A program made the translations under genes and the position numbers. Of a DNA stretch of 64,000 nucleotides, positions 12,463 to 24,593 are shown piece after piece. The notes beneath the pieces were generated by a model. The model searched no databases. It worked only from the letters and a program-made list of their open reading frames with translations, and was not told the DNA's origin. The stretch lies in NCBI GenBank assembly GCA_003280965.1, contig QCDI01000003.1:84837-148836 (forward strand), read 5' to 3'. Origin of the DNA: Prochlorococcus sp. AG-355-B18. GTDB taxonomy: Bacteria > Cyanobacteriota > Cyanobacteriia > PCC-6307 > Cyanobiaceae. Numbering within the stretch: position 1 is the first letter of the stretch; each line of letters starts with the position of its first letter.

Positions 12463-12936
12463 GTGAGTATTTTTGTTGGCAATTTGCCTTTCCGCGCGGA
12501 GCGTGAAGATGTTTTACAGTTATTTTCTCCTTTTGGTGAAGTTATAAATTGTTCTCTTCCTCTTGAAAGAGATACAGGAAGAAAAAGAGGATTTGCATTT
12601 GTTGAAATGGCAGATGAAGCAATTGAAGCTACGGCTATTGATGGTTTGCAAGGTACAGAGCTTATGGGTAGGCCATTAAGAATAAATAAAGCAGAGCCAA
12701 GAGGATCCGGAGGACCTAGAAGAGGAGGAAGAGGTGGTTTCGGCGGCAATAACGGCGGTTACGGCGGCGGCAATTCTGAATCTAATACCTCTTATACCAA
12801 TAAATCCTCTGGTGCAGAAGGTTGGGAAGATAGAAGTTATGGGAACTCTTCTGAGAATTCTGAATATGAAAGTGGCAGGAGTCGGAGAAAAAGGGGAGTT
12901 TCAAATGGAGGTAATGCTTCTAATGATGAAAATTAG
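12463..12936 (+). CDS. RRM RNA-binding protein with Gly-rich C-terminus
   Basis: RNP2 IFVGNL, RNP1 RGFAFVEM; GGNNGGYGGG tail. Confidence 0.92.
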   Translation: MSIFVGNLPFRAEREDVLQLFSPFGEVINCSLPLERDTGRKRGFAFVEMADEAIEATAIDGLQGTELMGRPLRINKAEPRGSGGPRRGGRGGFGGNNGGYGGGNSESNTSYTNKSSGAEGWEDRSYGNSSENSEYESGRSRRKRGVSNGGNASNDEN

Positions 12937-13937
12937 TAACCCATTTCTTTAAGCATAGATGTTAATTTGAGAAGATACTCAATATCTAACTCTTTATTTA
13001 TAGATTTTATCGAAATTTGATTTCTCCAAATTTTTGCTTTTGGAATACCCTCGACCAAATTTATAAGATGTTTACAAATATCCCAGGAGTTTCCTCCTTC
13101 ACTTAAATGATTATCTATATAAGGAATTAAAGAGAAGATAATATCTGAAGCTGATTTTGGTTTTGTTTTAATTCCATAAACCTTTTTATCAATTTCAGAC
13201 CATCTTAGGGGATGTTTATACACTGATCGTCCTACCATTACACCATCAAAATCAATTAGAGCATTTAATGATTCATCGATATTTGTTAACCCCCCATTGA
13301 TTTCTATTAATAATTCTGGATTTAACTTTTTTAATTTTTTTACTACATCGTATTTAAGTGGTGGAATAGTTCTGTTTTGTTTTGGATTTAGCCCTTTCAA
13401 GATGGCTTTCCTGGCGTGAACTGTAAATCTGTCTGCACCAGCTTTTGCGATACATCTTACGAAATTATTTAAATTCGTAAAACTATCATCGTCGTCTACT
13501 CCAATTCTGTGTTTAATGGTGACTGGTAAGTTGCAATTATTTTTTAAAGTATCTATGCATTTTGCAACTTTTTCAGGATCCTTCATAAGCGAAGCACCAA
13601 AATTTCCAGAACAGACTCTTGGACTTGGACAACCAACATTAAAGTTTATTTCGTCATAACCCCAATCCTGTGCCATTTGGGCAACCTCTTTTAGAACTTT
13701 GGGATTGTCTCCGCCAAATTGAATTGATATGGGGTGTTCTTCATGATTAAAATCTAAAAATTTTTCTTTTTTATCTGTATGAAATAAACTTTGAGCTACA
13801 ATCATTTCGGTATATAAGAGAGCTTTAGAACTTATTTTTCTCATTATCATTCTGAAATGTTTATCAGTACAATCCATCATTGGAGCAATACTTAATTTAT
13901 GAATATTTTTAATAGAATTAGGACGAATGTAATTCAT
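12933..13937 (-). CDS. dusA: tRNA-dihydrouridine synthase A
   Basis: APMMDCTD, NFNVGCPS, HARKA, EINGG. Confidence 0.92.
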   Translation of the reverse strand: MNYIRPNSIKNIHKLSIAPMMDCTDKHFRMIMRKISSKALLYTEMIVAQSLFHTDKKEKFLDFNHEEHPISIQFGGDNPKVLKEVAQMAQDWGYDEINFNVGCPSPRVCSGNFGASLMKDPEKVAKCIDTLKNNCNLPVTIKHRIGVDDDDSFTNLNNFVRCIAKAGADRFTVHARKAILKGLNPKQNRTIPPLKYDVVKKLKKLNPELLIEINGGLTNIDESLNALIDFDGVMVGRSVYKHPLRWSEIDKKVYGIKTKPKSASDIIFSLIPYIDNHLSEGGNSWDICKHLINLVEGIPKAKIWRNQISIKSINKELDIEYLLKLTSMLKEMGY

Positions 13938-13960
13938 TATTTTTTATGTGAATTAAGTAT

Positions 13961-14455
13961 ATGAATCGATTTCTATCAAGAAGAACCTTTATTCTAATTC
14001 CTTCCATGTCAATACTTAAAACAATTTTTAAGCCTATGCAAGTTTTAGCTTCTTCACTAGCTTCTAAAGAAGAGTGGAATTTATCTAAAGAAGATTGGAA
14101 ATCAAAGCTCAGCCCAGAATCCTATTATATTTTGAGGGAGGAAGGAACTGAAAGAGCTTTTAGCAGCAAATTAAATAATGAAAAAAGAAAAGGAGTTTTC
14201 CATTGTGCAGGGTGTGATTTGCCGCTTTTTCTCTCAGATAAAAAGTATGATAGTGGAACAGGATGGCCAAGTTTTTGGGATTCTATTCAAGGATCAATTG
14301 ATACGAAGGTTGATTTTAAGTTGATTGTTCCAAGAACTGAATATCATTGTTCTAGATGCGGAGGTCATCAAGGTCATGTATTTAACGATGGGCCACCTCC
14401 CACAGGAAAAAGATACTGTAATAACGGCCTCGCATTAAGGTTTGTTCCTGATTAA
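13961..14455 (+). CDS. msrB: Peptide methionine sulfoxide reductase B, with Tat-like leader
   Basis: GTERAF, SGTGWPSF, GHVFNDGP, RYCNN; N-terminal SRRTF. Confidence 0.95.
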   Translation: MNRFLSRRTFILIPSMSILKTIFKPMQVLASSLASKEEWNLSKEDWKSKLSPESYYILREEGTERAFSSKLNNEKRKGVFHCAGCDLPLFLSDKKYDSGTGWPSFWDSIQGSIDTKVDFKLIVPRTEYHCSRCGGHQGHVFNDGPPPTGKRYCNNGLALRFVPD

Positions 14456-14530
14456 AAATTTGTGCGGCCTTCCGCAACTTGTTTTGTGCATCATTTTAAT
14501 GGAAAATAGTCTTATTAAATTATTAGGAAA

Positions 14531-15250
14531 ATGATTGAAAATCAATCAGACAATATTGATATTAAAGAAAGTGATATTTCTGATCTGGATAATCCTCCCG
14601 AAGATACTTCACCTCAAGAAGATCAAATAGTTGAAAATGATGAATCATCATCCCAAAAAACAGCAGAAATAAATACTGAAGAATTAAAAAATACTATTTC
14701 CAATAATGATGCAAGATTAGAACAGTTAGAAAAAGAACATGAAACATTAAAAAATCAATATTTAAGAATTTCAGCAGATTTTGAAAATTTTAGGAAAAGG
14801 CAGTCTAGAGATCAGGATGATTTGAAAATTCAACTTGTTTCTAAGTCTTTAACCGCAATACTTCCTATTGTTGATAATTTTGAAAGAGCAAGACAACAAC
14901 TTAAACCAGAAAGTGAAGAGGCTCAAGCTCTTCATAGAAGTTATCAAGGATTGTATAAACAACTAGTAGAAGTTTTAAAACAACAAGGAGTTGCCCCCAT
15001 GAGAGTTGTTGGTCAGCAATTTGATCCAAATTTGCATGAAGCTGTATTAAGAGAGCCAAGTGAAGAGCTTAAAGAAGATTTGATTATCGAAGAATTGCAG
15101 CGAGGATATCATTTAGAAGGAAAGGTTTTAAGACATGCTTTAGTTAAAGTTTCTATGGGACCTGGAAAACAAAATTCACAAGAAGAAGTAGAAAAGGATA
15201 CAGTTGAAGTGGATATTGATTCAGAGGAAAGTACTTCTGAGGATGTATAA
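14531..15250 (+). CDS. grpE: Nucleotide exchange factor GrpE
   Basis: [32 protein letters not shown]; upstream of dnaJ. Confidence 0.96.
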   Translation: MIENQSDNIDIKESDISDLDNPPEDTSPQEDQIVENDESSSQKTAEINTEELKNTISNNDARLEQLEKEHETLKNQYLRISADFENFRKRQSRDQDDLKIQLVSKSLTAILPIVDNFERARQQLKPESEEAQALHRSYQGLYKQLVEVLKQQGVAPMRVVGQQFDPNLHEAVLREPSEELKEDLIIEELQRGYHLEGKVLRHALVKVSMGPGKQNSQEEVEKDTVEVDIDSEESTSEDV

Positions 15251-15279
15251 ATTCCAAATTTTTACTTGAGCATTATTTA

Positions 15280-16404
15280 ATGGCTGATTTTTATCAAATA
15301 CTTGGAGTTTCAAGAGATGCTGATGCTGATACCTTAAAAAGGGCTTATAGAAAATTAGCAAGACAATATCATCCTGACGTTAATAAAGAACCAGGAGCTG
15401 AAGATAAATTCAAAGAAATTGGCAAGGCTTATGAAGCATTAGCTGATCCTGAAACGAGAGCTAGATATGACCAGTTTGGAGAGGCTGGTCTTGGAGGCGC
15501 AGCTGGAATGCCTGATATGGGTGATATGGGTGGCTTTGCAGATTTATTTGAAACCTTTTTTAATGGCTTTGGTGGACAAAATCCACAGGGAGGAAGAACT
15601 CAAAGAAGAGGTCCTCAACAAGGAGATGATTTAAGGTATGACCTTAATGTTGATTTTAAAGATGCAATATTTGGTCAACAAAGAGAAATTAAAATTCCTC
15701 ATCTTGAGACATGTGAAGTCTGTAGCGGAACAGGTGCAAAGCCTGGAACTGGACCAAAAAATTGTTCAACATGTGGAGGCAGTGGACAAGTTAGAAGAGC
15801 AACGAGAACGCCTTTTGGTAATTTCACACAAGTAGCTGAATGTCCCTCATGCAATGGAGCTGGTCAGATAATTGCAGATCCATGTTTAAGTTGCGGTGGT
15901 AATGGAGTAAAGCAAGTTAGAAAAAAATTAAGAATTAATATTCCTGCAGGAGTTGATACTGGTACTAAATTAAGAGTTTCAGGCGAGGGAAATGTTGGAT
16001 TGAAAGGGGGTCCACCTGGAGATCTTTATGTTTTTATTAAGGTTAAGAATGATTCAAAACTTAAAAGAGATGGTGTGACTATTTACTCAGAAATAGCTGT
16101 GAGTTATTTACAGGCTATTTTAGGAGACACTGTTGAAATTACTACAGTTGATGGAAATGTTAATTTAACAATTCCAAGTGGTACTCAACCAAATACAACT
16201 CTGTCACTTGAGAATAAAGGTGTACCTAGACTTGGCAATCCAGTTGCTAGAGGTAATCATGAAGTTCTAGTAAAAGTAAAATTGCCAACTCTTATAAATG
16301 ACGAAGAACGAAAGCTTCTAGAGGATTTAGCTTCTCAATATTCAGATAAAAATATTAATTCCAGTAATGGACTATTTAGTAAATTATTTGGTAAAGAATC
16401 TTAA
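15280..16404 (+). CDS. dnaJ: Chaperone DnaJ
   Basis: J domain HPD, G/F region, four CxxCxGxG repeats. Confidence 0.98.
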   Translation: MADFYQILGVSRDADADTLKRAYRKLARQYHPDVNKEPGAEDKFKEIGKAYEALADPETRARYDQFGEAGLGGAAGMPDMGDMGGFADLFETFFNGFGGQNPQGGRTQRRGPQQGDDLRYDLNVDFKDAIFGQQREIKIPHLETCEVCSGTGAKPGTGPKNCSTCGGSGQVRRATRTPFGNFTQVAECPSCNGAGQIIADPCLSCGGNGVKQVRKKLRINIPAGVDTGTKLRVSGEGNVGLKGGPPGDLYVFIKVKNDSKLKRDGVTIYSEIAVSYLQAILGDTVEITTVDGNVNLTIPSGTQPNTTLSLENKGVPRLGNPVARGNHEVLVKVKLPTLINDEERKLLEDLASQYSDKNINSSNGLFSKLFGKES

Positions 16405-16634
16405 TGAGTTTTTTAAAGCATTTGGATCTTAAATCTGTTCCATGCCCTTTAAATGTCGTCAAAATTAAATTGGCTTTAGAGAAGTTATCCACAAATGAAC
16501 AACTTATAGTTGAACTAGATAAAGGTGAACCAGAAGAAATGGTATTAAATAACTTAAAAGAGATGGGATGTTTGTTTAAACAAATCAAAGAAAATGAAAA
16601 ATTTATAAAAATAAAAATATTGAATGAAAACTAA
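16404..16634 (+). CDS. TusA/SirA-like sulfurtransferase family protein
   Basis: LDL..VPCPL motif, 76 aa. Confidence 0.85.
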   Translation: MSFLKHLDLKSVPCPLNVVKIKLALEKLSTNEQLIVELDKGEPEEMVLNNLKEMGCLFKQIKENEKFIKIKILNEN

Positions 16635-17541
16635 TAGTAAATATTTAGGTTTAGTTACGAAAAAATTTAATGATTTTTTTTTAGTTGATTTAAAAAATCA
16701 AGAAAACTCTGGAAATAGCCAGAAATTTTTATGTAAGGTTAAGAAGTCTATAAATTTCAAGGATCAATTAATTTATGTTGGAGACGAAGTAGCGATTGAA
16801 AAAATTGATTTTAAAAGTAAACGTGCAATAATAACAAATCTAAAAAAAAGAAAAAATCTTTTAGTTAGACCCTCAGTTGCAAATATTTCTAACATATACG
16901 TTACTTTTTCCGTTGAAGAACCAGAGTTAAATTTATCTCAAGTTAATAGGTTTTTGATATCAGCAGAATCAATGGGAGTTGAAGTCTCATTAGTTTTGAC
17001 AAAGTGTGATTTAATTTCTGATAAAAGAAGATCATATCTATTTGATAAATTTGAAAAATGGGGTTACCAATTAATAACTTTAAATTTACAGAAATCTGAT
17101 TGCTTTAAAAATTTGTTAGCCGAGCTAAAGCAAAAAGAATGTTCAATTTTTATGGGTCCATCCGGAGTTGGCAAAACTACTTTGCTAAATATGATTATTC
17201 CAGGTCTTCAAAATAGTACTTCTCCAGTTTCCAATAAAATTAAAAGAGGAAAAAATACTACTCGAAACGTTGAGTTATTTGCTATTTCGAATCAAAGTTA
17301 CATTGTGGATACTCCTGGTTTTAATATGCAACCTCTGGAGGTTGATATTAAGTTGTTACCAAATCTTTATTCAGAAATATATAAACAGGTAATCGAAGAG
17401 GGAATTAAGTGTAAATTTCGTAACTGCTTACACTTAAACGATGAGGGATGTAATTTAAATAAATCCTTTGAAAGATATTCTTTTTATAAAGAAATGATTG
17501 AGTCTTCTAAGAATCACTATTATCAAAACCAGGAAGATTGA
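16624..17541 (+). CDS. rsgA: Ribosome small subunit-dependent GTPase A
   Basis: [31 protein letters not shown] zinc finger. Confidence 0.95.
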   Translation: MKTNSKYLGLVTKKFNDFFLVDLKNQENSGNSQKFLCKVKKSINFKDQLIYVGDEVAIEKIDFKSKRAIITNLKKRKNLLVRPSVANISNIYVTFSVEEPELNLSQVNRFLISAESMGVEVSLVLTKCDLISDKRRSYLFDKFEKWGYQLITLNLQKSDCFKNLLAELKQKECSIFMGPSGVGKTTLLNMIIPGLQNSTSPVSNKIKRGKNTTRNVELFAISNQSYIVDTPGFNMQPLEVDIKLLPNLYSEIYKQVIEEGIKCKFRNCLHLNDEGCNLNKSFERYSFYKEMIESSKNHYYQNQED

Positions 17542-17857
17542 GATTTAATCCACCAGTCAAATCATTCATCCTTTCTTTCATAGTTGTAGTTGATAATTCA
17601 TGAGCTTTTTGAATAGCTTGTAGAATATTTTGCTGTATTTGTTCTTTATTTGAATTTAAGATATTTTCTTGTACTTCTACCTTTAAAGGAAGTTGGTTTC
17701 CACTAATCCAAACCTTTATCATCTCATCATCACTTTTGCCTTCAATTTCCATATTTTCAAGTTCATCTTGTAATTTTTGAGCATCTTGCTGAATTTGTTT
17801 AGCTTTTTTAAAAGCTTCTGTAAGTTGTCCAAAGTTAGGAAGTCCAAAACCCGCCAT
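17507..17857 (-). CDS. YbaB/EbfC nucleoid-associated protein
   Basis: [22 protein letters not shown] pattern typical of the family. Confidence 0.9.
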   Translation of the reverse strand: MAGFGLPNFGQLTEAFKKAKQIQQDAQKLQDELENMEIEGKSDDEMIKVWISGNQLPLKVEVQENILNSNKEQIQQNILQAIQKAHELSTTTMKERMNDLTGGLNLNLPGFDNSDS

Positions 17858-17874
17858 TTTGTAAAAAAGTTTCT

Positions 17875-18768
17875 TTAGTTAGGATAGTCAAAACCGATCA
17901 TTCTTACTTCCGGTTGCAAAAAAATCCCTTTGTTTTGTAGTACTTTTTGTTGAATTACTGTTATTAATTCATAAATATCTTTTGAACTTGCTGAAGAAGT
18001 GTTAATTATAAAATTTGAATGCATTGTAGAAATTTCAGCACCGCCAATTTTAAAACCCTTTAAACCCATATCATCAATTAATTTTGCTGCATAATTATTT
18101 TCAGGATTTTTAAAAACACTACCAAAACTTGGTTGATGATATGGTTGTGTTTCTGTTTTTAACTTAAGGTTATTTTTGGTTGTTTTAATTAATTTTTCTA
18201 GATTTCCATTAGGTTCAAAATGTAATCTTGCACTAATAATTGTTAAATCATCTCTTTGTAAAGAACTAAATCTATACTCAAAATTGATATCTTTTTTTTC
18301 AATTTCAAGTTTTTCAAGAGTTTTATTATTAATAACTTTTACGGAAATAAGATTTTTTGCTAGCGATAAATTACCTGTGCCAGCATTCATATAAATTGCT
18401 CCTCCTAATGTTCCTGGAATTCCGACAGCCCATTCCCCTCCTTGTAATCCATTTTTAGCAAGAGAATTAGATAATGTTGGGAGCATTACACCTGCTTCCG
18501 CTTCAATAATTCCTGAATATGGTTCTATCTTTATTGATTTCAATTTTTTTGTACAAACAACTAAGCCTTTTATGAAAATATTATTTATTAAAAGATTTGA
18601 ACCTGCGCCAATTATTTGACATCTTTGTTTATTTAAATTAGCCCATTTTATTAGATATGAAAGTTCTTCAACGCTTCTTGGCTCAGCAAAATATTCAGCT
18701 ACTCCTCCCACTTTTATAGTTGTATAACTACTTAAATTACAGTTTTCAGAAAAAATTTTTTTATTCAT
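17875..18768 (-). CDS. murB: UDP-N-acetylenolpyruvoylglucosamine reductase
   Basis: [29 protein letters not shown]. Confidence 0.96.
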   Translation of the reverse strand: MNKKIFSENCNLSSYTTIKVGGVAEYFAEPRSVEELSYLIKWANLNKQRCQIIGAGSNLLINNIFIKGLVVCTKKLKSIKIEPYSGIIEAEAGVMLPTLSNSLAKNGLQGGEWAVGIPGTLGGAIYMNAGTGNLSLAKNLISVKVINNKTLEKLEIEKKDINFEYRFSSLQRDDLTIISARLHFEPNGNLEKLIKTTKNNLKLKTETQPYHQPSFGSVFKNPENNYAAKLIDDMGLKGFKIGGAEISTMHSNFIINTSSASSKDIYELITVIQQKVLQNKGIFLQPEVRMIGFDYPN

Positions 18769-18785
18769 AAATTAGTTTATTTATT

Positions 18786-20195
18786 TTAATTATTTTTTTT
18801 ATTTAAAATTGACCAGAAATTATGACAGTCACCAGCTCCCATATTCAAAATTAAATCCCCTTTTTGAGTTAATTCGTAAAAATTCTTTGTAACTTCATAA
18901 TAATTATTTATGTAACTAACATTTTTATTTTTTTTATAAATCAGATCAGTAATAATTTTCGAAGTAATTTTATCTTCGTTTCCTTCTCCTGCTCCATAAA
19001 TACTTGTCACATAAATCACATCTGCTTTTGATAATTCTTCAGCGAATTCTTTATTAAATTGCTTTACTCGAGAATATCTATGGGGTTGAAATAAAGCAAT
19101 TAATCTATTTTTTTGAAATTCATTATTATGATTTTGCTTAATAAATAATCTTCCTAATTTAATCGTCTCTTTTATTTCGTTTGGGTGATGTGCATAATCA
19201 TCATATAAACTTCTTTCATCTATTTGGCCTCTAAATTCAAATCTTTTTTTTGGCAGTTTCAAATATTTTAAATTTTTCTTAATTTCTATAAAATCTACTC
19301 CTATCATTCTGGAAGCTGCTATTGCTGCGGTGATATTGGATAGATTGTGTAGACCTGGAATTGGAATATTTAAATTACTGATAAAATTTCCATTTTCATA
19401 ATATTTTCCAATTGTATACTTTGAATTAATTTCAATCGGGATTATTGCATATGCTACGTTTTTAAACGTAGAGTTTGACCACTTAAAATTAGAATAAAAA
19501 TTTTTTCTTGAGGTTTTACAATCAAAATTAAGTAATAATTTTTTAGAGTTTTCAGCGAAACTTTTAAAAGAAGATATGACTTCAGTTAAATTAGAAAAGT
19601 GATCGCAATGATCAAAATCAATATTATTGATTATTCCAATATCAGATTTATATTTATCAATAGTCCCATCAGATTCATCAACTTCAGCTACTAAGTATTT
19701 TGTATTTTCTAAATGACAATTAGAGTTGTAAATAGGAATTATTCCTCCAGTTATTGAAGAAGAATTACGTGTACATAACTCAAGTATCGTAGAAAGAAAT
19801 GTACTAGTTGATGTTTTTCCGTGGCTGCCTGCTATCGCCAATGCAGTATAAGTACGCATTAGCATTGCAAGTATCTCTGAACGATGTTTTATTGATAAAT
19901 GTTTTTCTTTGCAATACGAAAATTCTTCATTTTCTGGCTTTATCGCGGAGCTTACAACAAAATTAATTAATCTGTTGGTAAATTTTGAAGTAACAAATTC
20001 AATATTTTGTCGAACTTGAGAAGTAAAGATGACTGCACCTAGTTTCTCCAATTTATTAGTTTCATCGTTTTTAACTAAATCAGATCCTGAGACCGAACAA
20101 CCGTTCTTAAGTAAACCCATTGCTAATGCTGACATCCCAATACCTCCGATCCCAATAAAATGAAAATGACTTTTCAAAAGTAATTTTTTATCCAA
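18786..20195 (-). CDS. murC: UDP-N-acetylmuramate--L-alanine ligase
   Basis: GIGGIGMS, GSHGKTST, DESD, DDYAHHP, FQPHRYSR. Confidence 0.96.
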   Translation of the reverse strand: MDKKLLLKSHFHFIGIGGIGMSALAMGLLKNGCSVSGSDLVKNDETNKLEKLGAVIFTSQVRQNIEFVTSKFTNRLINFVVSSAIKPENEEFSYCKEKHLSIKHRSEILAMLMRTYTALAIAGSHGKTSTSTFLSTILELCTRNSSSITGGIIPIYNSNCHLENTKYLVAEVDESDGTIDKYKSDIGIINNIDFDHCDHFSNLTEVISSFKSFAENSKKLLLNFDCKTSRKNFYSNFKWSNSTFKNVAYAIIPIEINSKYTIGKYYENGNFISNLNIPIPGLHNLSNITAAIAASRMIGVDFIEIKKNLKYLKLPKKRFEFRGQIDERSLYDDYAHHPNEIKETIKLGRLFIKQNHNNEFQKNRLIALFQPHRYSRVKQFNKEFAEELSKADVIYVTSIYGAGEGNEDKITSKIITDLIYKKNKNVSYINNYYEVTKNFYELTQKGDLILNMGAGDCHNFWSILNKKNN

Positions 20196-20388
20196 TGTTT
20201 ATCTTTCACTTAAATCAAAATAACTTCTAGGTAAAAATTTGCTATTTTTTCTTAAAAAAAAATGTTATTTTTTCTTGAATTAATACAAAACTAGACTTAT
20301 TTGCTTAATAAATCAAAAAAACCTTACGTTATTGCACAAAATTCAGTATGATCAGCAACTTAGGTTAATCATTTAGAAATTATTAGTT

Positions 20389-21411
20389 ATGACTTTGCGT
20401 GTTGCAATTAACGGCTTTGGCAGAATTGGTCGAAACTTTATGCGTTGTTGGCTTAGTAGAGGGGCTTACACCAATATTGAAGTAGTCGGAATTAACGTTA
20501 CTTCAGATCCTAAGACTAATGCTCATTTATTAAAATATGACTCAGTCCTTGGTCAACTTGATGGTGTTGATATTCAATATACTGATGATACTTTTGTAAT
20601 TAATAACAAGACAATTAAATGTTTCTCAGATAGAAACCCAATGAATCTCCCTTGGAAAGACTGGGGTGTAGATTTGGTTATTGAATCTACTGGAGTATTT
20701 AATACAGACGTAGGTGCAAGTAAGCACTTAGAGGTAGGAGCAAAAAAAGTTATCTTAACTGCGCCTGGTAAAGGCGATGGCGTTGGTACTTATGTAGTTG
20801 GAGTTAATGCAGATACATATAAACACAAAGATTACGATATTTTGAGTAATGCTAGTTGTACAACGAACTGTTTAGCTCCAGTAGTCAAAGTTTTAGATCA
20901 AACTTTTGGGATTAATAAAGGTTTGATGACTACAATTCATAGTTATACAGGTGATCAAAGAATTTTAGATAATAGTCATAGGGATCTAAGAAGGGCTAGA
21001 GCCGCTGCTACAAACATCGTTCCTACTTCTACAGGAGCTGCAAAAGCAGTTGCTCTTGTATACCCAGAAATGAAAGGCAAATTAACTGGAATTGCAATGA
21101 GAGTTCCAACTCCTAACGTTTCAGCAGTAGATTTTGTTTTTGAATCTTCTAAATCTGTCACAGCTGAAGAAGTCAATAATGCTCTCAAGGAAGCATCTCT
21201 AAGTACAATGAAAGGCATTATTAAATATGGAGATGAACCATTAGTTTCAAGCGATTATGCAGGTACCAATGAATCATCAATTGTAGATAGTGATCTTACT
21301 ATGTGTATAGGAGATAACCTTGTAAAGGTGCTTGCATGGTATGACAATGAGTGGGGTTATAGTCAGAGAGTTGTAGATTTAGCCGAGATTGTTGCTAAAA
21401 ATTGGGAGTAA
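20389..21411 (+). CDS. gap2: Glyceraldehyde-3-phosphate dehydrogenase (NAD(P))
   Basis: [34 protein letters not shown]. Confidence 0.95.
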   Translation: MTLRVAINGFGRIGRNFMRCWLSRGAYTNIEVVGINVTSDPKTNAHLLKYDSVLGQLDGVDIQYTDDTFVINNKTIKCFSDRNPMNLPWKDWGVDLVIESTGVFNTDVGASKHLEVGAKKVILTAPGKGDGVGTYVVGVNADTYKHKDYDILSNASCTTNCLAPVVKVLDQTFGINKGLMTTIHSYTGDQRILDNSHRDLRRARAAATNIVPTSTGAAKAVALVYPEMKGKLTGIAMRVPTPNVSAVDFVFESSKSVTAEEVNNALKEASLSTMKGIIKYGDEPLVSSDYAGTNESSIVDSDLTMCIGDNLVKVLAWYDNEWGYSQRVVDLAEIVAKNWE

Positions 21412-22398
21412 TTAAAAGTGTTTGAAAGGTGTATTATTAAATAATTTGTTTTTTTTATTATCTTTAAATTCTATTGATGGTTCACCAACAGTAAAAAAAC
21501 CAATCTCGTTAATATCTTTATCAAGATTAGATAAATTTTCTGCCCATTTTTTGGGCAATGAGAAAACTAATTCATAATCTTCTCCTCCAAAAAAATAGTA
21601 TTCGTCCCATTTATCTCCTTTAGGCCAATACTCATCTTTAGGTATTTTTTCATAGTTTATGATCGCTTTGCAGTTGCTAGCTATTGCTAAATCTTGTAAG
21701 GCTTGAAATAGGCCATCACTGCTATCAGTACATCCTATTCTCCTAATATTTTTATTGGAGCGAGTTTTGAGGAGATTATTTAGAAAATTCGGGTAAACTC
21801 TTGGGCGACAAAAATGTTCAATAGACTTAATGATTAATCTTTCATTAAGTGAAAATTCATTATCGAAATTAATTTTATTTTGTATTAAAAATCCCAGTTT
21901 GCTAAGACCATGAATTCCAGTAGTTAAGATTATATCTCCTGGTTTACATGCATTTCTTCTTAATTCAAGCTCACCTTGAATTCCAAAGGCCGTAATTGAA
22001 ATGATTTTTTCATTCCCCTTTGAGCAATCTCCCCCTAGAATCAATCCGCCATATTCTTTTAATGCTTTATTTATTCCTTTGTATACTTCTTCAACCCAAA
22101 TCCACTCAGTTCTAACAGGTAGAACTAGGCTTATTGTAATACCAATAGTTTTCTCGCTTCCACTAGATAATAAGTCAGAGATGTTGCTTACAACTGCTTT
22201 CCACCCAAGGTCTTGAGGGCAAATACTATTGTCGTTGAAATGAACATTTTCCACTAAAGAATCAGTATTAACAAGTAAATTTTTATTTTTAGTTTTGATT
22301 AAAGCGCAATCATCTGAAACTTGATTTTTAGGCATAAATTTTCCTAGCCTATTTATTAATTCTTTTTCTCCTATATCTTCTAATATTTCTTTATGCAT
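21412..22398 (-). CDS. thiL: Thiamine-monophosphate kinase
   Basis: GEKELI, DDCA, NISD, GGD, DSSDGL, GGEDYEL. Confidence 0.94.
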   Translation of the reverse strand: MHKEILEDIGEKELINRLGKFMPKNQVSDDCALIKTKNKNLLVNTDSLVENVHFNDNSICPQDLGWKAVVSNISDLLSSGSEKTIGITISLVLPVRTEWIWVEEVYKGINKALKEYGGLILGGDCSKGNEKIISITAFGIQGELELRRNACKPGDIILTTGIHGLSKLGFLIQNKINFDNEFSLNERLIIKSIEHFCRPRVYPNFLNNLLKTRSNKNIRRIGCTDSSDGLFQALQDLAIASNCKAIINYEKIPKDEYWPKGDKWDEYYFFGGEDYELVFSLPKKWAENLSNLDKDINEIGFFTVGEPSIEFKDNKKNKLFNNTPFKHF

Positions 22399-23482
22399 TT
22401 AATTTGAGGTTTTTAATCCCGTCTAAAACATCAATCGAAATTATTGTGTCATCTTTAGTAAGCTCTTCTAATACATCAAATCCATCTACAACGTAACCAA
22501 AGGCAGCATTCCTCCCGTCAATTAAATTGCGACCCGCTGGATTTAATTCTGCTTCATATAAAAAAAAGAAAAATTGCGATGACCCATCATCAACTGCGGC
22601 ATTTGAATGGGACCATCCTAGAGTTCCAAGTGTTGCAAAAGGTAATGTTGGCGTCTCTGTGTAAAGACCTAAATCTTCAAAAGTTTGATTGTAAAAAGTA
22701 TCTTGTTCATCAGGAATTCTTATTTCTAAGGGAACGTGACGTTCTTCATTTGTTTCAGGATCTATGTAACCAATATCATCACCAATTGGATCGCCTGTTT
22801 GCAGTACAAAAAATTCTTCTGCTCTGTTAATGGGTAAATCTTTATAGAAGTTTTTTGAAGATAAATCTATAAATGCTCCTGCTGTGAGTGGGGCGTTAAA
22901 TCCATCCACAATTGCTTGCATATCTCCTTTGGAGGTTTTTATATTGACTTTTGCTCTGCCCAGTAATCTTGGTAAATTATCAAATTCCTGGGGAATAGAG
23001 TATGGAAATTCTTTTGGTAGAAAATATTCTTCTAAACCACCTATTTTATCTAAAGCATTTTTTCGAGTCGCTATAAATGAGTATTTATCCTTTGATTTAG
23101 AGTAATCTTGAAGGCTATCAAAATTTTCTTTGAGTTCTAAAAATGTTTTTTCAGCAATCTTCTTTTTATCTTTTGGTAATTCTTGAATAATTTTACTTTG
23201 GTATTTTTTTAGCAAAGATTGACATTTTGTAACAGTTTTCGTAAGAGCGGGCCATCTTCCTCCTCTTACAAGGTCACTAGTTTCTTCCAATTTGTGTTGA
23301 ATTTCTTGTAACTCAACTTGCTTGATAGGGAGTGCGTTTCTGAGGATTGCATTAGGGTCTTTTACTGCATTTCCAGTGGGTAAATCAGCTAATACTTGAA
23401 TAGGTTTTAAAAGAAAAACCTGTAAAATTACAACCGATAGAATTAAGAAAAGTTTGTTCTGATTTGATAAGAATTTTTGCAT
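22391..23482 (-). CDS. Cyclophilin-type peptidyl-prolyl isomerase (thylakoid-lumen TLP40/CYP38-like)
   Basis: Signal peptide, DGFNAPLTAG, LQTGDP, SSQFFF, FGYVVDG. Confidence 0.88.
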   Translation of the reverse strand: MQKFLSNQNKLFLILSVVILQVFLLKPIQVLADLPTGNAVKDPNAILRNALPIKQVELQEIQHKLEETSDLVRGGRWPALTKTVTKCQSLLKKYQSKIIQELPKDKKKIAEKTFLELKENFDSLQDYSKSKDKYSFIATRKNALDKIGGLEEYFLPKEFPYSIPQEFDNLPRLLGRAKVNIKTSKGDMQAIVDGFNAPLTAGAFIDLSSKNFYKDLPINRAEEFFVLQTGDPIGDDIGYIDPETNEERHVPLEIRIPDEQDTFYNQTFEDLGLYTETPTLPFATLGTLGWSHSNAAVDDGSSQFFFFLYEAELNPAGRNLIDGRNAAFGYVVDGFDVLEELTKDDTIISIDVLDGIKNLKLNA

Positions 23483-23526
23483 AGCACTCTTGCAGGTTTA
23501 TGATCCTTGGGGGATGTAATACAGGA

Positions 23527-24087
23527 ATGATTTCCAGTAACGATTTTCGCACAGGAACTACCATCGAATTGGATGGACAAGTTTGGCGTGTTGTAGAATT
23601 TCTACATGTCAAGCCTGGTAAGGGTTCTGCTTTCGTACGAACAAAATTAAAATCAGTTCAAAGCGGCAACGTTGTTGAAAAAACTTTTCGAGCCGGAGAA
23701 TCAGTACAGCAGGCTATCCTTGAGAAGTCTAACCTGCAGCATACTTATGTGGAGTCTGGTGATTATGTTTTTATGGACATGACTAGTTTTGAAGAGACAA
23801 GACTCACCTCTGAACAAATTGGTAAAGGCTCAAAGTATTTGAAAGAGGGAATGGAGGTTAATGTAATTTTCCATAATGGTAAAGTTTTAGAAGTAGAACT
23901 TCCAATATCTATTACTTTGAAAGTTACAGAAACTGATCCAGGAGTTAAAGGTGACACTGCTAGTGGGGGCACGAAACCAGCTATTCTAGAAACAGGTGCT
24001 CAAGTTATGGTTCCTTTATTTATTTCTGTGGGAGAAATGATTAAAATCGATACTCGAAATGACACTTATCTTGGACGTGAAAATTAA
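23527..24087 (+). CDS. efp: Elongation factor P
   Basis: [16 protein letters not shown]; start at ATG 23527 ([10 protein letters not shown]). Confidence 0.97.
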   Translation: MISSNDFRTGTTIELDGQVWRVVEFLHVKPGKGSAFVRTKLKSVQSGNVVEKTFRAGESVQQAILEKSNLQHTYVESGDYVFMDMTSFEETRLTSEQIGKGSKYLKEGMEVNVIFHNGKVLEVELPISITLKVTETDPGVKGDTASGGTKPAILETGAQVMVPLFISVGEMIKIDTRNDTYLGREN

Positions 24088-24593
24088 TGGCTATGAAATT
24101 AGATCATGATGACTTAGATCGCTTAATAGAGAAAATCTCTACTAGCGATATTCAAGAATTTCTACTTGAGGGAGAAGATTTTAAACTCGAAATAAAACGT
24201 AATTTATTTGATCAAAACCAAGGTACCAAAAATTTAGTTTCCAATGGCACATATGAAAGCCAAGCAATTACCAATCAAAAACCCATTAATGATAATGTCT
24301 CAGTAGCTAATGAGTCTGAGACGCCACAGGTAGCCCCTCCTGGACGCTCAGATCTTACTGAAATTACTTCTCCTATGGTTGGAACCTTTTATAGGGCTGC
24401 AGCGCCTGGGGAGGAGCCATTTGTCGAAGTAGGAAACAATATTAAGGTCGGTCAAACTATTTGTATTTTGGAAGCTATGAAGTTAATGAATGAAATTGAA
24501 TCTGAATTTAATGCTGAAATAGTTGAGATTCTTGTTGAAAACGGAACGCCAGTTGAATTTGGTCAAGTTTTAATGCGTGTTAAGCAGTCTTGA
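24087..24593 (+). CDS. accB: Acetyl-CoA carboxylase biotin carboxyl carrier protein
   Basis: SPMVGTFY, EAMKLMNEI biotinylation motif. Confidence 0.97.
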   Translation: MAMKLDHDDLDRLIEKISTSDIQEFLLEGEDFKLEIKRNLFDQNQGTKNLVSNGTYESQAITNQKPINDNVSVANESETPQVAPPGRSDLTEITSPMVGTFYRAAAPGEEPFVEVGNNIKVGQTICILEAMKLMNEIESEFNAEIVEILVENGTPVEFGQVLMRVKQS